This document shows positions 60,070 to 64,000 of a stretch of DNA of 64,000 nucleotides, piece by piece. The notes beneath the pieces were generated by a model. That model had not been told where the DNA came from and searched no databases. It saw only the letters and a program-made list of their open reading frames with translations. The DNA is from Vicugna vicugna. Its lineage: Eukaryota. How positions within the stretch are numbered: position 1 is the first letter of the stretch; every line of letters begins with the position of its first letter. Both the position numbers and the translations under genes were made by a program. Where the stretch lies: assembly GCA_013265495.1 (NCBI GenBank), contig MU057711.1, positions 1,984,001 to 2,048,000 on the forward strand, read 5' to 3'.

Positions 60070-60340
60070 TCAGAGATTTTCCAGTCCAAAGTGAGCAAGC
60101 AAGAGTTCCTGGTATGTTTTCTTTGGCCCCCACAGTATTTTATAATATTTTGAATTCATTGCCATCAGGTAAAAATAAGGCAATTTTGCACCAAAATCTG
60201 GATTTTTGACTTCTTTGACAGTTGGAGAATCAGACCACATAGAATGCATTTACACAAGGCAGCCCACCTGCAGTTGGCTGGAGCAGAGGGACAGCCTGAA
60301 GCTGCTTTAAGCCTGGCACCAGCCACCAGTTCACCAAGGC
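60070..60340 (+). mobile_element. MER102-like fragment
   Basis: tgttttctttggcccccacagtatttt...ttgaattcattgcca...aaaatctggatttttgacttct. Confidence 0.6.
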
Positions 60341-61862
60341 CCCATCCACTCTACCACACTGGCTGTGTATCCTTTCTGACTTCACTCATTGCACGGATGG
60401 GGAAACTGATGTTAGAGGGGCAGAGGATTGTCCAGATACCCACAGACCAGGTTCACGGGACAGAACTGGGACGGGGAAGGAACCAGGTCTCCCAGCTGTC
60501 AGTCCTGTGCTCATCCCTGACCCTACACAATTGTCCTGGAATCATTTTAAGAGGAGGCTGCCCTGTGTGTGGAAGACACCTCTCTACCCCTTGGAAGCAT
60601 CTGTACGTCGGCCTCTCAGCCCCCACTACCAAGTGCTTGTTTCCCAACTCACAATCCTGCAGGAGGACAGTGTAACTCAGAGGCTCCAGCAAATGAGTCC
60701 ACACCCAAACAGATAATTTAAATATCCTGATAATTACAGGTAGGTACATTATGAGTGGGATTCAGCTACCTGTTGGGAACTGTTAGGGGTCTGAGTGGAA
60801 ATCCATAAGTGGAAGGAAATATTCTGGGGTGGGAGCCGGGGCAGACCCTGGGGAAACAGAGGCCCAAGTGAAGACAGACAGTCTGATGCATGTTCTCGGC
60901 CCCTTAGAATGAAGGAGTAGGCAGAGGTCTCCTCTCCCATCCTGCAGAAGGGCCGACTGAAGCTGGAATAGATTTAGAAAGCCAAAGGTGAGAGCTGCGA
61001 GGAACCTTGGGGCCTGAACTTGTCCAGGGTGGCAGATGGGTTTCATCTGGGATTGACTGGTACTGCTGCCCAGGGCATGTGCAGTGGGCTCAGCAGGAAA
61101 GAGGGCTATGGGCTGGGTATGGGGTAAAGGGCAGGGAGATGGAAGCATTTTAAGCGAAAAGGATGTGCCAAGGGCGGCAGGGCCCATAGAGAGTGACACT
61201 TTGAGGAGAAGTCAGCATGGCATGGGGAGATAGGCTGGTGGGGGCTGGATTACACAGGCCTTGGGGCCAGTTAAGAAGCTTCTACTCAGCAAACCACTTT
61301 AAAAGATTTCAGAGGGGAGGGAGCAACTGAGGCCAGAGAGCTCATTTAGGCTGCAAGAAGGGACAAGAGCAGTGGAGAGGCTGTCCCTCTCCAAAGACAA
61401 TGGTGCTAAGACAAGGGCAGGTTAAACAGGAAGACCCAGAGAACCCCCTCAGCCCCGCACAGGCCAGATTAAAGAGATCTGGCTGGTCAGCTGGGAGTGA
61501 TGTCTTCTGTCTTTGCAGGTCAGCTGCAGGGAGCTGCGTCACCCTTTCTTGATCCCCAGCTCTCTTTCAAGGAAACATAAAGACACAGAGCTCAGGACAC
61601 GCAAAGGCAATGTGGGTGGGGAGGCAAGAGCCCCCAAGGAGTGCGTCCAGGCCTGTTTCAGTCTGTAGTCTAGGGAAACATGTCCCCACGCTGCAGGCCT
61701 TAGTGGGTGGCGGGCTGGCAGTGGGGCCTCCAAGCAGGCCAGATTTGCTGGATCACTACAATGAACCACTGAATTCACAGAAGAGCTTACAGTCAGAGGA
61801 TGCAGGAAGTGTGGTCTGGACCACTCCTGACTAGCTGAAGAGATAAATCAAGGTCACCTCTT

Positions 61863-62012
61863 TTTTTTTTTTTTAACTTTCTTCCCCCCTACTCTTTTTT
61901 GGAAGGGGGAGGTAATTAGGTTTATGGATTTTTTCATGGAGGTACTCGAGACTGAACCCAGGACTTCGTGTATGCTAAGCAAGCACTCTACTACTGAGCT
62001 GTACCCTCCCCC
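61863..62012 (-). mobile_element. tRNA-derived SINE, camelid type (Vic-1-like), full length with TSD
   Basis: Minus strand GGGGGAGGGTACAGCTCAGTAGTAGAG...GGGTTCAGTCTC (A/B-box-like) then an A-rich tail. Perfect 14-bp TSD caaggtcacctctt at 61849-61862 and 62013-62026. Confidence 0.88.
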
Positions 62013-62749
62013 CAAGGTCACCTCTTGTTTTTGGACACAAGTCTCTCCAGCAAGGGCCACAGATCCCGTGATATATCCCTGGAAGCCCTTCTCATCATGC
62101 TGGTCTGTGAGCTCACAGGCCTCCAAGCTCAGGAAGTGGTTTGCAGATACACCTGGCTGTTACCACTACAGAAGCAATGCTGTAGCAGCATTTGGGAGGG
62201 TGGTTTCAGGCCTATGTCCAGGACAGCAGGCTACTCAGGAGCAAGAGGCTCTGCCCCTCCCAGGACCCCAAGCACAGTCTCACCTCCTTCTGGGGCCGCC
62301 TGGTATTGTGAGCCAGAGGCTGGGACCCGGAGCTGTAGAAACAGCTGGGTTCTCCTCTCAGTCCTGCTGCTTCCCAGCCGTGTGTCCTTGGGCAGGTTGC
62401 TCTCCTGTTGGGACCTCACTTCCCCAGCCCTGCCCACTTCAAAAGGCTGAAGTGAGGGCCAGAGGAGGAAACGAACTGGCTGGGAAGGGCCTGGAGAGGA
62501 ACTTAGGCTGAGTGCAACGTGAGCCTAGTTCCCAAATATCCGCAGAGGCCTTTGTTCACAGTTGGGGCCCTCCAGCAAGGAGCCTGTCCCAAAGACAGGC
62601 TCAGTATGGTGGGGGAGACAAACCCCAAACAGATCATTTTGGTAGCGTGACGGGCCTACTTCCAATAGTGTGGGCCTGAGTGTGGTGGGCTGAGTCACAG
62701 AGGTGGCCATTGTGCTCTCTGGGTCGCAGAGAGGTAGCAAGGGAGGAGG

Positions 62750-63215
62750 CAGCATTGTGGAGTTTGCTTAGAGTCAGCTTTGTCTGGATTCGAATCCTGG
62801 CCTCAGCACTTGCTAGCTGTGCAACCTTGGGCAAGTTACTTAACCTCTCAGAACCTCCATTTTCATATCTGTAAAATGAGTACAATATTAGCCAACATTT
62901 AGTGAGCACCAACTATGTGCCAGGACCTGGCCTAAACCCTTTATATGTTTTAATAGCATTTCTTGAAACCACCCTGGGATGTAGGTACTATTCCAGCACC
63001 AGTGAGCAGATGAGGAAACTAAAGCCCAGAGAGGCAAAGCGATTCACTTGTGATCACACAGCCGGTAGGTGGCAAAGCCAGGCTGCTCCAACAAGGTCCC
63101 TGATCTCTACCTGCCGGGATGGGTGAGGATTAAGAGTGATGACGTGTGCTCCATGTTTGGCACCGTGCCTGGAACACAGGAAGGTCACCGTACGTGTTCA
63201 CTGCTATCAATGCTA
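62750..63215. mobile_element. Plus-strand MIR interrupted by a minus-strand MIR
   Basis: Plus MIR 5' part at 62750-62888, minus MIR at about 62890-63100, plus MIR resumes (gtgaggattaa...gtgcctggaacacag) at about 63105-63215. Confidence 0.7.
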
Positions 63216-63219
63216 GGTT

Positions 63220-63568
63220 TCTTACTTTGCCAGAGCTGCTGTAACAAGGTACCATAGATTGTGTGGTTTAAACAACAGAAATTTATTTTCTCACAGTTCT
63301 GGAGACTAGAAATCTGAAATCAAAGTGTCATCAGGGTTGGTAAGAAAAATTCTCTCTTTTTGGATTGTAGATGGCTGTCTTCTCCCTGTATCTTCACCTC
63401 ATCTTCCCTCTGTGCGTGTCTATGTCCAAATTTCCTTTTTTATAAGAATATCTTTTTAAATTAATTATCTCCTTAAGACCCCATCTCCAAGTACAGACAC
63501 ATTCTGAGGTACTGGGGGTTAGGACTTAAACATATGAAATTTGAGGAGACACAGTTCAGCCCATCCCA
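63220..63568 (-). mobile_element. MaLR solo LTR (MLT1A/B-like)
   Basis: gctgctgtaacaaggtaccatagat...aaacaacagaaatttattttctcacagttctggag...cacattctgaggtactgggggttaggactt...cacagttcagccc. Confidence 0.85.
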
Positions 63569-64000
63569 GTGGGAGATGTGATGGCCTGTTACCATGTCAG
63601 GGGCACCGAAGGCTGGAGAGGAGATGGTGGCTGCCCAGAAGGCCCCTGGCCCCGTCAGTCTGGCTGTCAGCCCTGGTCAGTGGTAGGAGGCCCAGGGCAG
63701 GCTTGGACCCTGGACACGATCTCAGGGCTCCCTCCTTGAGGATGGAGCCTACAGGGCAGGACCCCTCCTCCAGGCTTCACATACTCAGCCTGTCACGTGG
63801 GAGTTGGTGGGAAGCACTGGAGACAGCATTCTCCAGACCCCGCCCCAATAAGAGCTTCATCTCCAGGGCCAGAAAGGGCATCCGGGCCCCAGTTACCACC
63901 CGGATAGCTCACGAATCCTTCCTCCTCCTGCCCAGATGGACTGCAGACCAAGGACATGCTCACAGACCAGGAAGCTTCCTCCAGCTGCCGCTCTTCCTCA

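Noticed and set aside
61940..62012. tRNA-like sequence
   Set aside because: It is the head of a SINE with a tail and TSD, not a tRNA gene.
1..64000. Scattered EBF-like CCCNNGGG sites as evidence of EBF/ZNF423 autoregulation
   Set aside because: Too frequent by chance in GC-rich DNA to mean anything without ChIP or conservation data.

Overview
Mammalian genomic DNA, most likely a camelid, judged from a tRNA-derived SINE with a 14-bp target-site duplication (TSD) at 61863-62012 and artiodactyl-type L1 3' tails. The window is the 5' end of the developmental zinc-finger gene ZNF423 on the minus strand. The only host coding sequence I can support is a 40-nt first coding exon (44347-44386) encoding MSRRKQAKPRSVK, the NuRD-interaction motif. 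Positions 1-44346 are intron 1 and exon 2 lies outside the window; everything above about 45 kb is promoter or upstream DNA. There are three CpG islands (about 27.1-27.7, 43.5-47.9 and 58.4-59.05 kb), an apparently transposon-free block of about 11 kb, and several AT-rich motif-dense blocks that look like enhancers. Repeats include MIR, L2, L1, MER DNA transposons and MaLR LTRs, with an L1 nested in an L1 that keeps both TSD pairs and a probable twin-primed inverted L1 tail. Nearly all ORFs in the supplied track are GC-rich or repeat-derived noise. I found no convincing new biological system; the best leads are regulatory (split RE1, RFX X-box, Sox-Oct and CTCF motifs, TALE-motif clusters, a candidate micro-exon). 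Repeat families and motifs were assigned by eye from remembered consensus sequences, so boundaries are approximate unless TSDs are given.
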